Assembly (NCBI RefSeq): GCF_037042905.1 | Contig: NC_087251.1 | Span: 47,494,001 to 47,558,000 of the forward strand | Direction of reading: 5' to 3' | DNA from: Lytechinus pictus | Taxonomy: Eukaryota | Length of the DNA: 64,000 nucleotides | Shown: positions 1-13,990 of the stretch, piece by piece | Numbering within the stretch: position 1 is the stretch's first letter | How the letters are laid out: every line of letters starts with the position of its first letter | The notes under the pieces: generated by a model | Told to the model about the DNA's origin: nothing | Database searches by the model: none | Seen by the model: the letters and a program-made list of their open reading frames with translations, nothing else | Made by a program: the position numbers and the translations under genes

Positions 1-519
1 ACTTGATTAACTTTATGTCTAAGTTTCATGAATCAGATCCATAAACTTTCAAAGTTATGATGGTAATTCAACAGATACCCCCAATTTGGCCAAAGTTCAT
101 TTACCCTAAATGACCTTTGACCTTGGTCATGTGACGTGAAACTCAAGCAGGATGTTCAGTAATACTTGATTAACTTTATGTCTAAGTTTCATGAACTAGG
201 TCCATATATTTTTCTAAGTTATGATGACATTTCAAAAACTTAACCTTAGGTTAAGATTTTGATGTACATGGTCTAAGTTCATTGACCCTAAATGACCTTT
301 GACCTTGGTCATGTGACCTGAAACTCAGGCAGGATGTTCAGTAATACTTGATTAACCTTATGGCCAAGTTTCATGAACTAGATCCATATACTTTCTAAGT
401 TATGCTGTCATTTAAAAAACTTAACCTTCGGTTAAGATTTGGTGTTGACGCCGCCGCCACCACCGCCGTCGGGAAGCGACGCCTATAGTCTCACTCTGCT
501 ATGCAGGTGAGACAAAAAA
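1..519 (-). mobile_element. Helentron-associated (HINE/pearl/Tsp-like) non-autonomous element, cut by window edge
   Basis: Internal tandem units, (GCC)n tract, terminal gtctcactctgctATGCAGGTGAGACaaaaa shared with three other copies. Confidence 0.8.
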
Positions 520-1452
520 CCTATCACATATCATGTCAGTGCACGAATGCCCTTGGCTAAATATTGCGCACCCCATCGGTGCAGAAATGCCCTAGACAAT
601 GCCCTTTAATATGCGTGCATGCGATGCACAAAAGTGTGGTGTTATGGGTGCCTTCCATTGGCACAACAATATTTCTTAGCTGTAAATATCAAAGCTACTA
701 AAAGCTTGTCAATATCTGCCTGACATTCTATTGGGTTCAGTTTGACACAGTAATCGATTCGCTAATTGCAAATCATTAGATAGTAGTTAAAAGTCCAGAA
801 TATCATAACATTTCTTCACCTCTCAATTTCATAAATGAAGCATGGAGGAGTCAGTAGTGCAGATATTTCTCACTGTATACATTATGTTTTCTCATGCATT
901 ATATATTTCCCTCACGTCACAAATTTCATACTTCTGCTGGAAGTTTCCATGGTGACTTAAAAAAAAAATTATTTGATTGTGTTATAACCAAACTGGTAGC
1001 TACTGTAAGAAGATCAATACCTTTCTTATGTTGACTACTAACGGTTTGAATTTCAAGTAAAATGGCTTTGGTGTGTTTTTTTTACCACAAGAATGCTCTT
1101 TTAAGCTGCCAAGTCCTTCGAAGGGCTGTCATATTACAAAGATTTCTTTTATTCTGCTTACAATGAAAGTCCTTCAGTAAATAATGATGCAATGTGAATT
1201 GATTTCAATTCTGAAGTTTCAAATATTTTTTGCTTCATAGAATAGTACCTGTTATCTGAGATTTACCATCATAAATATCACCGAAGTTCTAATCAGAAAA
1301 TATATGGAACCAATTTTGAAGAAATGCTTATGGGGGGGGTTGGGGAGGAAAGGGTTGATGCACATGCATATTCTACAATGTTTAATTGTTTCTTGTGTAA
1401 CGCTTCCAGTTCATAATTTTTCGAGCGATTATTTTTTTTGCTGAATACTTAC

Positions 1453-1530
1453 GGCTGCTGGCTGAGGCTCTGCAGCCGGAGTTTCCTCTTTGGTAGTAGT
1501 TTCTTCTGCTGGCTTCACTTGAGCTGGTTC
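1453..1530 (-). CDS. Gene 1, internal exon (26 aa, EPAQVKPAEETTTKEETPAAEPQPAA); gene continues beyond the left edge
   Basis: tttaattgtctag| acceptor, GCC|GTAAGT donor, 78 nt phase 0-0, same E/A/P/T composition as the 11.3 kb exon. Confidence 0.85.
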
Positions 1531-3007
1531 CTAGACAATTAAATAGACAAACAACTCTTGATAAACCATTAAACAGCTTGCATAATATGGACAATACAAT
1601 CAAAAGTAATTCTGACATATGTGCATGGTATCATTCACCATTTCACTCATAAATCTGATTAATTTTCCCTGCATAGTAGTTAGTACATATCAGATCAAAG
1701 AGTCAATTTTTATCCATTATCTTATGTATGGAACTTTTATTGTTTTTATCTAAGATAGAAATGTTGGCTGTCTGAATTCACAACTTGAATTTTATACATA
1801 GGTCAATATCTCAAATTATGTACCAGTAATTAAATTAATCAAAATATTGGCATGAATTTTTACACCTGCAAATGCTTGTACAATGTACAGTGAAAACGTT
1901 ACCAGTTATTTCATAAGAACTTTGCAGAATATTCTCCCTCTCCATTCCTTTAACTTTATTTCCAAGGTAAGAAGGGTCGACACAAATTATGAAATACACC
2001 GGATGCTTACAGAAAACAGGATAGTCTTATACATTCCAAGTAATGATAGAGATCTATCTATAGAGAAAAGATCACATTGGTTTAGACCACTAAAACCACA
2101 TTGACTTAAACATAATGTAAAATGAAACAAAAAATCTCTAACTCGCGAGGTGAAAACCTCAAGCCTGTGTCATGTATTCACAGTACAGCTAACCAGAACA
2201 GATAAAATGATGAAGTCACTGCATGATTTGCGGACTTATAAACCAGTGGTGCATATTACATAATAATTATGGACTGAAGAGGATTTTTTCCTTAGTCTTA
2301 ATTGTAAAGAGAGATTGAATGAAAGCTTGAAAACTAATCGGAATCTCCTGGGAAAACAGTAATTAGCACAACCCAGTTATGACCATGTTTGAATCTGATG
2401 TTTCAAAGAGGTGTGTGTGTGTGTGTCAGCTGAGTTGTCCACATATTTCATGGAGAACATCACATTACCAGGACCACATGCTACTCGTAACCTATGAAGC
2501 CTTCAAATTCAATGATTTCACAACAAATCAAACATTCTGATATTGAGTATCCAGACTGATAGGCACTTGTGATCATATGGTTTACAGTTTTTGCCCTGTT
2601 CCCACTCTCTCTTTCTTTTTTATTCTTATCCTCCTTCATCCTTCCATTCCTCCTCCTCCTTGACTTTGCCTTCTTTTTCAATATTTCATTAGTGTTATAT
2701 AAAATGTAACATCTGATCTCGGAACACGACTGTCAAAGATCTTTGTGGAGGAAAGGAGGGGGGTGGTTCATGACAATTCTTCACACAAATTTATGTTTTT
2801 TTAGTGATAGGGTTGAATTGAATGCTGCCACAAAAACTGATAACAATCGTAATTCCTGAGGTTAACCATAAAAACTTTGAATTACCACAGATGAAAACTA
2901 AACCTCTGAATCCAGGTAACATTCCACAAAAAGGTGCCGCAAATGGCATACATTATCAACAGGCACTTCATACATTCAAATATGAAGCAATATTGCTCTT
3001 GAGTTAA

Positions 3008-3402
3008 AGAGAAATTCCAGTAGTTGCAGTAAACACTGATTTCATGAGAAAGTCTGTAAAACCAGGCTTGATTGTCAGTATATCATCGAGGATCTAGATC
3101 TGGTACAGTTACATAAACTGAACTTTGTGAAATCTTGCAATCTACGCTGAAAAATGTTCAGACTGAACTTCCCCAACACAGATAAGCGCACGTGGGACAG
3201 TGTATAATTATTGCTTTGAGCGTCGGGCCCGACGCTCTACCCGAATCCTGTGCTTATTTGCTGATTTCTCAGCAATTACACAATTTCTTCCAGAATCCTT
3301 TGGCACATGCGTTTTATTTATACAAACAGACACTTTGGTGGTCATTTCAATGGATTCTGTACGAACTCATTTTGATATCGTTACCAAAACTAGCATTTAC
3401 CT
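3008..3402. mobile_element. Kolobok-like MITE
   Basis: TTAA on both sides, AG...CT termini, imperfect TIR; related inverted copy at 41692-42092. Confidence 0.7.
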
Positions 3403-5384
3403 TTAATAACATGTTTAAAGGAGACCTGCATAATGTAGGCCCTATAGAACATCTGGTAATATCAATGAGTTATTTTGTTGTGTTTTTAATGTTTTTATGT
3501 TGTTGTTGCATCATTGATAATTTGTAATTCCTCTTTAAAAGATATTTCATCATTTGAGATCGATAGGCCTTAAAAAAATATCCGAAGCTGATTTTTTTTA
3601 ACATATCGAAAACTTTTCTGTTAAATTGAATGTATGTTGAGGTCTAAAAGAAAATAAAAATCATGATCTTCATAAAAAACATTTCCATTCTTCTGGCAGT
3701 CAACTACAATCACAAAATTCAATATTATAATCAATAGAGCCACCTTTGACACTAAACAGATGCTTTGCATACTACTACACATCAAAAAGCCTAATAACAA
3801 AATAAATGCAGACAACTTGATTTAATTTGTATTCAACTTTATGCAGAACAAAGAAATCTGGAAAATCAATTTTGAAAGTGAATAGGCTCATTGTGTTGTA
3901 AGTCGCAAACTGTGCTCTGACCACATTAACTGTTTTATCTAATTTGTAACATTCATGCATAATCAGACATCCAATGGGGTCTGCGGTTGTCCTGCCATTG
4001 CTGTTCACAAAGTCCATCTATCAATGGTAGTGGCCTTGTCTAGAGCAGAAGAAAGCAAATTATAGGTTTACAACTCCCAAGCTCCTTTCTCCATATAAGG
4101 AAACCATAAAGGGGGTTGGTACTCAAGACTGATAGCCTGTTTTTCCCTTGTTACAGTGCGAGAGATGTTATCTCTGCACCTTCTGTGCAGGAGAAAGGGG
4201 TTGCCAGACGCGGCAAGGGCATGGCGGCAGCGGCAACAACACAAACCACGCATGTGCGTCAGACAAAAGCTGGGTTTGTCTCGAGCGAGCGTTGGATTGG
4301 ATTGATATCTGGTGTAGTAAAAGTTCATCTGATTAGGACAAGGATGTGGCAAACGGCCAGGACAGATCATTCTACCAGCTGCCGTGTTAAAGTGAAACTT
4401 TCCTCTCCAAACTGGCAGCCGAGATGAAACGCAGCCTTTCAGGTTTGAGAGGATTTGACATGCCGAGTAATGTCAGAGAAAAACAACTAGGCATGATGAC
4501 ATATCTCCAGGCACATTGAGCAATGACTTGGTCGTTCATGTTTGTCGCAAGAAACAAATCCAGTGTGACACAGAAAGTGCACATTTATTTTGGCAACTAC
4601 ATCACCCGTAGGTCAAAGGATGTTGCTTAAAGGCCTAGTCCATCCCCAACATGTTGATTTGAAATAAATCTAAAGAGAATCAAAGAGACATAAACCTGAA
4701 AATTTCATTTAAAGTCAGATGTGAAATTAATAGAGTTATGACAGGGTATTCTTGAATTATGTGACATACATACGTTTCCTCAAATGTGCAGCATTATAAG
4801 GTTTGATTTATCCCTGAACATAACACCTAAAAAGCAGTTTAAATGAATATACACATGCTTTCATGTTTATAATCTTCATAATTTGATAAATCACTTGCAC
4901 AGACCCTATGGTCTTTCCCAATCCAATAACTCTACAAAAGTGATTTACCTGTCTCCTCCTAAATACCGAGACAGGTCAAAATGAATATTGAAATACACTA
5001 TAAAAAATTTTGTTGTTGCTAATTAAATAATACCACAGAAGTATGAGAATGGTCATGGCAATCAAACAACTTTCACCTGCATATCTCTACATCAGTCAGT
5101 TGCTAGGCAACCAAGGAGTCTAGAAGGACCGATGAAGCTGTGAATAGATTTCATATGAAGAGAAATAAGTACTCCTGAATGCCGAACATTCCAATGTATA
5201 ATATCTCTCTGTTGTGTCACTTCCACCATGGACCTACCATGCTTCCACGTAGTCACAAGACCAATTGCTGAGCCTTGTTCACATTTGCCCCAATAAGTCA
5301 TCTTTGAAAACAAATCTGCAGTGCCAGTGAAAATTCTAAGAGCTGTGTTACCATAACCTGTATCAGACACCCTGAGTAATTAAT

Positions 5385-5910
5385 ACGATTTATTAATTCA
5401 TCTATTCATTACTTTTATCATTCATCTATTCATTCAACTTTAGGCCTATATTTTATTGATGTGTTTATTCTTTCTTTCATTCATTCATTCATTCATCCAT
5501 CCATCCATTTATTTTTTGTATTTATTTATTCGTTCGTTCGTTCATTCATTCATTAATTTATTTATTTCTTATTTCACTCATTCATTCATACATCATACAA
5601 TCATTTATCTTTTAACATTTCTATTTTCAATTTCTATCTATCAATCAGTCTATCTATTTAAATATAGATTCTCTCAGTAATACTCTTTGAAATGTACAAT
5701 TTATTTTGTTATGCACAGTACAATACAGGCCTATTATTATCGAAGCTGTGCAATGTAAATGCTCTTTAATTACTATCATCATTATTCATTCATTTATCTG
5801 TAACCTTCTTAATATATTTAGTCATTTATTTATTTATTTGTTTATTTATTAATTTACTTACTTAATTAATCATTGAATTATTTATTTATTCATTCATTCA
5901 TTTATTTATT
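5385..5910. repeat. Degenerate (ATTC)n/(ATTT)n microsatellite region
   Basis: Direct inspection. Confidence 0.8.
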
Positions 5911-6014
5911 GGCGGAAGAGGAAGGAGCACTAAGTGTAACAGGCTACGTGTGAACATGACTCTACTCTAACAGCACATACTACAGTTATTCCTACCAAAT
6001 GACTTGGTTTGTCA

Positions 6015-6517
6015 TATGCTTTTCACACTGCACTTTTTTCCCTTAACCCCAGGAAATTGGTGGTGCTAAGGGGGGGTCTTAGCCCCACCAATTTCCTGGG
6101 GTTAAGCTTAGCCCACTTCGTTTTCACACTACGTTTTAGCAAAGTGGGCTAGCACGGTAAATACTACGGTACTATCTGGCCCTGCAAAAAAGCAGGGTTA
6201 GCCGGCTTATTGTGGTGCGAGCACCACAATTGCGGTGCTAAGAGATGCTGTGTGAAATGAAACAGGGCTAAGCAAAAGTGGGGCTAAGCATTAGCCAATC
6301 ACAGAAGTCGAAATTGCACGTTAATCGCGCTCTGTATGGTAAAATCATCAATATTTATGAGCTGTGTGATTGCCCGGGGTTAAAGCGTTAACCCCGGCTA
6401 AGCAATAGTACGGGGTTAAGAAAGACAGTGTGAATCGAAAAAAAGATAGTATGGGGTCAAGGATAGTCCGGGGTTAAGGATAGTATGGGGTTAAGGAAAT
6501 GCAGTGTGAAAAGCATA
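6015..6517. mobile_element. PIF/Harbinger-group MITE
   Basis: TIR tatgcttttcacactgca, 3-bp TSD TCA (6012-6014, 6518-6520), internal ggggttaag repeats. Confidence 0.8.
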
Positions 6518-7506
6518 TCAGAGAATACCACCGCCAGACCCCTGTTGTGGAAATGGTTATGAGTACCCGCTGTGAGCTCCCTATGCATCTTGACTGGAGG
6601 CTAGAAAACAGACGGGGGTTTGAATGCTTTCTAACTGCTGGGGTGAATGAGCCAATTTGTACCAATAACAGTCAATATTTCCTTTCATTTTGCTATCAAA
6701 CATAATCCCACTACTATGTGACAAGTACTTGTGATACTCACAACGTTGACGTATGTATGCAATACGCTAAATATGCATTTCAGTGGCAAGATAAATCAGG
6801 CCTTCATTTGCCTCGTATTATTTTTAGCATTGATCCAATGCAAAAGGTTGCTTGCGTATTATCCAAATAAAACCTTCAATATTGCATCTCAATTCATTAA
6901 TCATACAGGCCTCTACATACATTTTTTTCTAATTATGTTTTTTATGCCCCCCCCCCAAAAAAAAATGTGACTACGGCTTGGTCTTCAGGTCTCCTTTATG
7001 AACCAATGAAAGTGAAACAATGCCTATGATATAGAGGCCTACATTCATATTTTTATACAAGTAGGCTAAAAACATTTATATTGTTGAATATATTAACAAT
7101 CTATCTCATTACAAATTACAGATGCTATACTGAGGTTTGCATTGCACTCTGACCAGACTTACACAATTCTAATGATTGTAAATAATCAATCTGATGTATG
7201 GCTGGCATAAAACATGTATAGAAAATATTTCTGTTGAATCAGGGACCTTTTTAATGGTTAATCATTGATTTTTTCCTCACCATTTTACAAAATAGAGACT
7301 GTTGAATAGATTTGACCTCAAATTTTCAAATACCTTCGCACCATCCTAGACTCTGTTTTGTGTGTATGAATTATGGTTTTCTTAGTAAAGGAGAAGGAAA
7401 CTGTTCATTTTGTGTGTTTTTTTTTCACTCATCTTTTGTTTTTAATTTCATTATTAAAAAACAAATTATGATCAAATAAATGGATATATAGAAATTGAAT
7501 ACTTAA

Positions 7507-7885
7507 AGGTATTGTTTAACTTTGTGAGCAGCCGATTTAAAAAATTCTCAAACCAAGATGAAACATGTGTACAAGTATATGTATTAGAACTAATAAACCC
7601 TGAAAACAACCATTATTGAGAATGAAAAGCTAAAACTACAAGGCAAACCCCGATTTTGTAAATAGGCGTCTATAAGACGCCTAAATAGTACACATAAGTG
7701 TATGGGATGAAATTAAGATGGTGTTTTTGGTCACTTTATATTTCAATTTTTGAAGCACTAAATAATTATTTTCAAATGCAATTTTTTTCTGGGCTTCATT
7801 TTTGTAACACATCACAGACACAGGTGACAAGTGTGACCTTCTAGCTCAGATTTTTAAAAAGTCAAACCAATGTTAACCAATCACT
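7507..7885. mobile_element. Kolobok-like MITE
   Basis: TTAA flanks, aggtattgtttaac / gttaaccaatcact imperfect TIR. Confidence 0.6.
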
Positions 7886-8564
7886 TTAAGGAAATACGGA
7901 CTGCACCATACATTCGCATTTCCTGAATCATTTTCTATGTACACACACTAAATATGTAATCTGTTAACTTCATTACAATGTAAGGGGAATGACAACAGTC
8001 ATGATGGAGCAAGGCTGTACAGAGCCATGTAACACACAGATTAGTGTTTGATTGTAGTACTGTTTTTATGATCAATTACATTGATTATTGTGTGCAATCA
8101 ATGGCACAAACCAACGATACGATCAATCACTACGCTTTGTGTAAGCAGGACCCAGAAATTCTCCTCCAGCACTGTCATCATGAGTCATTTCGCTTTTCTT
8201 GGTAAAGTGTATCGTGAATGTCATCACGGCCATTGTGTGGAAAAACATCATCTCGGCCGGCCGGCTGACATCGGCTGAGTGAATGGTCAAATTACCCAGA
8301 ATGCCTCTCGCATGTCTCACCAGATGCCCTAAAGTGAAACCAATTCGGGATGAAATTATTTCTCTTATTAATCAAAAAGAAAACACCAATATTGCACCTA
8401 CCACTTTTCAGAAAATGTTTGATATACATATATTCCTCCTGTTAAAATATTACATATATATGATATATCTGTAAATTTAAAAATAAACACTTGAGTGTCC
8501 ATGGTTTTAAGGCTCTGTTGAAATGTAACATTGTCTTAGAATATTATCTTGGCAAGAAACAAGA

Positions 8565-9212
8565 ACAAGTGGAACGCCTCTGGCAGTCTCGCCTGCATTA
8601 CGCAATTTAATATAGCAGCAGTGCTAACTTTGAAAACTACTATAAAATAATCATTCACAAAAACATCATTCATATAATGACATAATACCACGTTCATTGA
8701 CCATAAATGACAATTGAACGGAGACTTAAGACTGTCAACTACACCCATGTCCACATTTCATTCACTCTATCCATAAACTTTCAAAGTTATGATGGCACTT
8801 CAACAATTACCCCAACATGGCCTAAGTTTATTGACCTTAACTGACCTTTGACTTGGTTTTGTGACCTGAAACTCACAGGGGATGTTCAGTGATGCTTGAT
8901 TACTCTTATATCCCAAGTTTTATGAACTAGATCCATAAACTTTCAGAGTTAGGATGGTAATTTAACAAATACCCCCAACACGGCCAAAGTTCATTGACCC
9001 TAAATGACCTTTGACCTTGGTCATGTGACCTGAAACTCAGACAGGATGTTCACTAATACTTGATTAACCTTATGTCCAAGTTTCATGGACTAGATCCATA
9101 AACTTTCATAGTTATGATAGTAATTCAACAAATACCACCGCCGCCGCCGCCACCGCCGCCGTCGGAAAAGCGGCGCCTATAGTCTCGCTCTGCTATGCAG
9201 GCGAGACAAAAA
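8565..9212 (-). mobile_element. HINE-like element, copy 2 (about 2 internal units)
   Basis: 13-bp subterminal inverted repeats 8586-8598 and 9195-9207, about 162-bp internal units, (GCC)n, A/T-run flanks without TSD. Confidence 0.8.
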
Positions 9213-11246
9213 CTTGCTCTCCATTTCCAAAAGTGGAGATCTAATTTGAGTACCTAATTTTATGTTTCACTCCTGGTTGCTTTGTGTATATATTGTCTTT
9301 TTTTTTTTCTTCTTCTTTTTTTTCCACATGATTTGTAATTTCGTATCTGTAATTATTTTGTAACTGTTGATGTTGATTTATGTATTCAATAAATATTGAA
9401 AGTTAAAAAAAAACATCTGCATCGATTCACATTATCATACCTCCATGATCATACTGGAATTTTGAAGAATACAATGTTTCTTTAATGACAGTCATCATGG
9501 TCATCATGTGGAAAAACATCCTCTCTGCCAGGATGACTGCTGCTGAATGGTCAGATTACCAAGGATGCCTCTTGCATGTCTCATCAATTTCTACATCAAT
9601 TTCCATTATCATACCTCCATGATCTTACATTTTTGGAGAATACAATGTTGCTTTAATGACATTCAATGCTGCCACAAATTTGCAGGGAGTCGAGCGGAAA
9701 TGAGTGATTGCTCCGTGAGTCAACCCAACCCGTCCCAGACGATATCAATGTTAAGACCTCAGAGTTCAACATCACCTTTGTAATCCTCACATAGGCCGTG
9801 ACGCAACAAGGCATTAGCTGTATAACCATATTCGCTACATGGACCTCATGCCTATGTAATTACAGATTACTACTCCCCATGAAGGCCGTTTCAAAGTTTG
9901 CTCAAAATGGAATCTACGTGCGATTCAGCATGCCATCTTGTGTGGATAGAGTTAAGAGGAATCAAATGTTGGATCTTGTGTCCCGCCGCAAATTACATCC
10001 TGTAATTCTGCATGGGCCGATTGGAAAATTGTCAAACATCATCACCTCCTACATCCTAATATATTCATTAAATGAGAGCAAGTACATCACAAAACCCACA
10101 TACTCTAAATCACCCTTTGCGACTTTCTACGACTGATATTGCAAACACTCTGAATAGAAGTCTTGGGGCACTTGTTTGTAGCCTGGCAAAGTTTATATTT
10201 CGAACAAAACACAAATCTAATCATTTGAAACACAGTAATAATATGTCAGAAAACAAACCGGGATCACATACTATAGAATTTCATATTTCAGTCATTGGAA
10301 TTAGATAGAATAGATACTAACAGCTCTCTAAATTCCATGATATTTCTGAGAGGGGTGGAGCTTCTTCTCTATTTTGAGACAAGTGACAGGACTAAAAAAA
10401 GTATTCAAGGTACAACAGGTTGAATGTACCGTACTGGATTAAATAAAGATGAAAGATTATAAAGCAACAGCAATTTCACTAAATTTCATTACTTCATGCT
10501 AAGAGTTCTATTCAATGTCATCAGGAATATTAAAGCAATGAGTGATTTTATAATGTCACCTCCCCACTTTTTATTTTTCTATTCTTGAAGAGAAATAAAA
10601 TTATGATGTTTATCAAGGAGTTGTCACTCCTTGGTAATACAAAAGAATAAGTTGGGGGTAATGACATCGTCAGCTTACTAATTGCATATTCATGAAGGCA
10701 TGCAGAAAAGCATTTAACCAAAATAATGCAAAACTATGAAATGGCTTTTTATTCATCATCAGTTTTTGATGTAATATTCAGTGATTTGATTGCAAGTTTG
10801 ATTTTACTCTCTCTCTTCAAATATAATTTTCAGCTCAAGAAACAAAATCTTCACAAAATCACTGTGACTACTTTTTGTAGAGAAATTATTTTTGCTAGGA
10901 ACTTGGAAGAATTAGGCAAATGTCAATGGAACATTTTTGGGCCCATTTTCAAGTATTATCAGAGATTTTCACTTATGAATTTACCTTCAGCCAATCAGAT
11001 GCAAGGATTTGCAATAGCTTATAAAAGTTGTCTGTGAAAACCACAGGCTATCTGCTTCATGGAGGATTCGGAATTCAGCAAACTTCAGGGGTGGGTTTCA
11101 TGAACAGTTTTTGACAGTGATTTTCAATAACCAATTTTCCTTCAGCCAATCAGATTCAAGGATTTCCAGTAGCTTATAACAGTTACCAGTGAAGAACACT
11201 GCCTATTCATTTCATGAAATGCTGCTCCCGTGGTCTTTGAACTCAC

Positions 11247-11417
11247 CTGGGCAGGTTTGGTGTCTTGGCTGGCTGCTTCCGGGGCTGCTGCGTTAGACTC
11301 ACCCCCAGCTTCTTGTGGGGCAGGGCTTGCCGCCGCTGCTGCTGCTGGTTCAGCTGGGCTCTCTGTCGGTTTACTTTCTTCTCCAGCCGTGGTTTGCCCT
11401 TCTTCTGCCTTTCCACC
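11247..11417 (-). CDS. Gene 1, internal exon (57 aa, GGKAEEGQTTAGEESKPTESPAEPAAAAAASPAPQEAGGESNAAAPEAASQDTKPAQ)
   Basis: ctcttttgcag| acceptor, CAG|GTGAGT donor, 171 nt phase 0-0, GC-rich island in AT-rich DNA. Confidence 0.9.
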
Positions 11418-11472
11418 CTGCAAAAGAGTCAATGAAAAGGATGGAAATTGTATCAAATATATAATCACATAA

Positions 11473-11720
11473 GAGGTGTTTTGACTAGAGGATAAATCCC
11501 CTGACTTCGAACCACAAGGTCCATGTCTGTAACCCACCATGGCACTCGTGTCCTTTGGCAAGGAGTCTTTCTCCATTTGCCATGCTCCACCCACGTGTAT
11601 ATTAAATGGGTATACCCAGTAAGAAGAGTAGCTATGCCTAAGTTTGGATAATGGTATGCTTCACATAGAAACATTTCATTAACCTCTATATCAATGTTGC
11701 ATATTATCATTATCATCATT
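11473..11720 (+). mobile_element. Old SINE remnant
   Basis: gtgtcctttggcaagg ... tccaccca ... aaatgggtatacc blocks and ATC/ATT tail. Confidence 0.45.
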
Positions 11721-11786
11721 AAAAAATTCTTAGATATTTACGCTGCATGCTGTTATTATAGATCATCATGGAACTATAGATTTACA

Positions 11787-12749
11787 ACAAGTGGAATGCC
11801 TCTGGCCGTCTCACCTGCATCACGCGATTCAATATAGCAGCAGTGCTGATTTTGAAAACTACTATAACTCGCACAAGATGTTCAGTGATACTTGGTTACT
11901 CTTATTTCCACGTTTTATGAACTAGACCAATACACTTATAGAGATATGATGGCAATTCAACAAATACCCCCAACGTGGCCAAAGTTCTTTGACCTTACAT
12001 GACCTTTGACCTTGATCATGTGACCTGAAACTCGCACAGGATGTTCAATGATACTTGATTACTATTATGTCCAAGTTTTATGAACTAGACCAACACACTT
12101 TCAAATTTATGGCTGTAATTCAACAAATACCCCAATTTGGCCAAAGTTCATTGACCCTAAATGACCTTTGACCTTGATCATGTGACCTGAAACTTGCACA
12201 GGATGTTCGGTAATACTTGATTACTATTATGTCCAAGTTTCATGAATCAGATCCATAAACTTTCAAAGTTATGATGGTAATTCAACAGATACCCCCAATT
12301 CGGCCAAAGTTCATTGACCCTAAATGACCTTTGACCTTGGTCATGTGACGTGAAACTCATGCAGGATGTTCAGTGATACTTGATTAACCTTATGTATAAG
12401 TTTCATGAACTAGGTCCATATATTTTCTAAGTTATGATGACATTTCAAAAACTTAACCTTAGGTTAAGATTTTGATGTTGATTCCCCCAACATGGTCTAA
12501 GTTCATTGACCCTAAATGACCTTTGACCTTGGTCATGTGACATGAAACTCAGGCAGGATGTTCAGTAATACTTGATTAACCTTATGGCCAAGTTTCATGA
12601 ACTAGGTCCATATACTTTCTAAGTTATGCTGTCATTTCAAAAACTTAACCTCAGGTTAAGATTTGGTGTTGACGCCGCCGCCGCCGCCGCCGTCGCCGTC
12701 GGAAAAGCGGCGCCTATAGTCTCACTCTGCTATGCAGGTGAGACAAAAA
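11787..12749 (-). mobile_element. HINE-like element, copy 3 (about 4 internal units)
   Basis: subTIRs 11808-11820 and 12732-12744; tandem units recurring near 11986, 12148, 12310, 12502. Confidence 0.85.
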
Positions 12750-13859
12750 TTGACATGATAAGTATAAATCTTTTAAAACGATTAGGGCTAAATATTATGA
12801 CTATAAAGAATTTTAATAAAGAAGCTATGTGATGAACAAAAGATGGACCCAAGCGATTGCTGGAGACAACCCAGTGAATTTGCTACATCACCCTGCTCAA
12901 CAAGAAACCAAATAGACTGTATGAATTAATGGCCACGGCTCACTGACAACCTCTTGAGGGAAAAAATGCATTGCCCTGAGATTTTACAGAGCAGAGCCAA
13001 GAAGCAGGGTGACCCATATTACATTAAGTTGGGAGAAAATAAATAATAAGTATGTAATAATTATTACTGGTGTTAAGTGGATGGGACAAACTGGAATCCA
13101 AAGCAATGTGGACGTAGGCTATTTATCTTTCCAAGAAGCCAAAGTGGAGCTAAAAATAGCATGAACATTCAAAATGCCAACGACAAGACGATTAGGTGAT
13201 TATTTGCTTTATAATCCACATCTGGAATTATTTGATTGTATGTTCTTCACAAAAATTGTTGGTGGGAGAATCCAGAGTAGCAATTGAGAACAGTCACACA
13301 TGATTCATTCACACACACACACACACACATGTATACCACTTCGTATTTGACCTATAATATAAGCACTCAAACCACTAATCCATTCTATAGCTCAGGTCTA
13401 AAGTAGATCTAGAACTACTATTACCATCATTTCTACATGATATTACGCAAAATAAATCCTGCAACTACCAGGCCATGCATCAGAAAATCACGTAAAAATC
13501 AATGCTAGGCTTAAGTTGAAAAAGCCCTTATACCTGCCATCAAATTATCATCATTAGGGTTTTAAGTAGATTTGTGACAAGTGACAACCAGTTAACATTT
13601 GTACCAATCTGTAAACCATCTTTACTCAACAATGCACAAGGTGGCATAGCTCTCATCAGACCCATCTCAATAATTGGTAAAGGCATCCTTACAACACAGT
13701 CACATAGCAAACAGACTTCAGACAGACAAAAGCTTATTACCTTTTTTTTCAAATGACATACACCAGCGGTCGGTGTGAAGCCGTTTTCCTTGGTGTGACT
13801 GGAGCATCCATTCCAGACATCACGTACAGGTTCACACTAATCTACATGTAGATAAACCA

Positions 13860-13990
13860 GGAACCCGTAACACAATGCTAGCAATGATCATAGAACAAAT
13901 TTTCACGATTGATTGCATTGAGTACAATGTACAATCAATCGCTAAAATCAAGCGTACGATCAATCGTTATGCTTTGTGTTACGGAGCCCT
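13860..13990. mobile_element. Short palindromic MITE; relatives near 8022-8152, 24266-24394, 60597-60724
   Basis: ccgtaacacaa ... ttgtgttacgg inverted ends, internal gattgattgcattga / tcaatgcaatcaatc motif. Confidence 0.65.

Noticed and set aside
11950..12620. Regularly spaced repeats resembling a CRISPR array
   Set aside because: Whole 162-bp units repeat with no unique spacers; eukaryotic TE-internal tandem repeat
12650..12729. Cryptic acceptor and donor in the HINE end, in gene 1 sense orientation
   Set aside because: 80-nt or 77-nt exon would shift frame; no evidence of use
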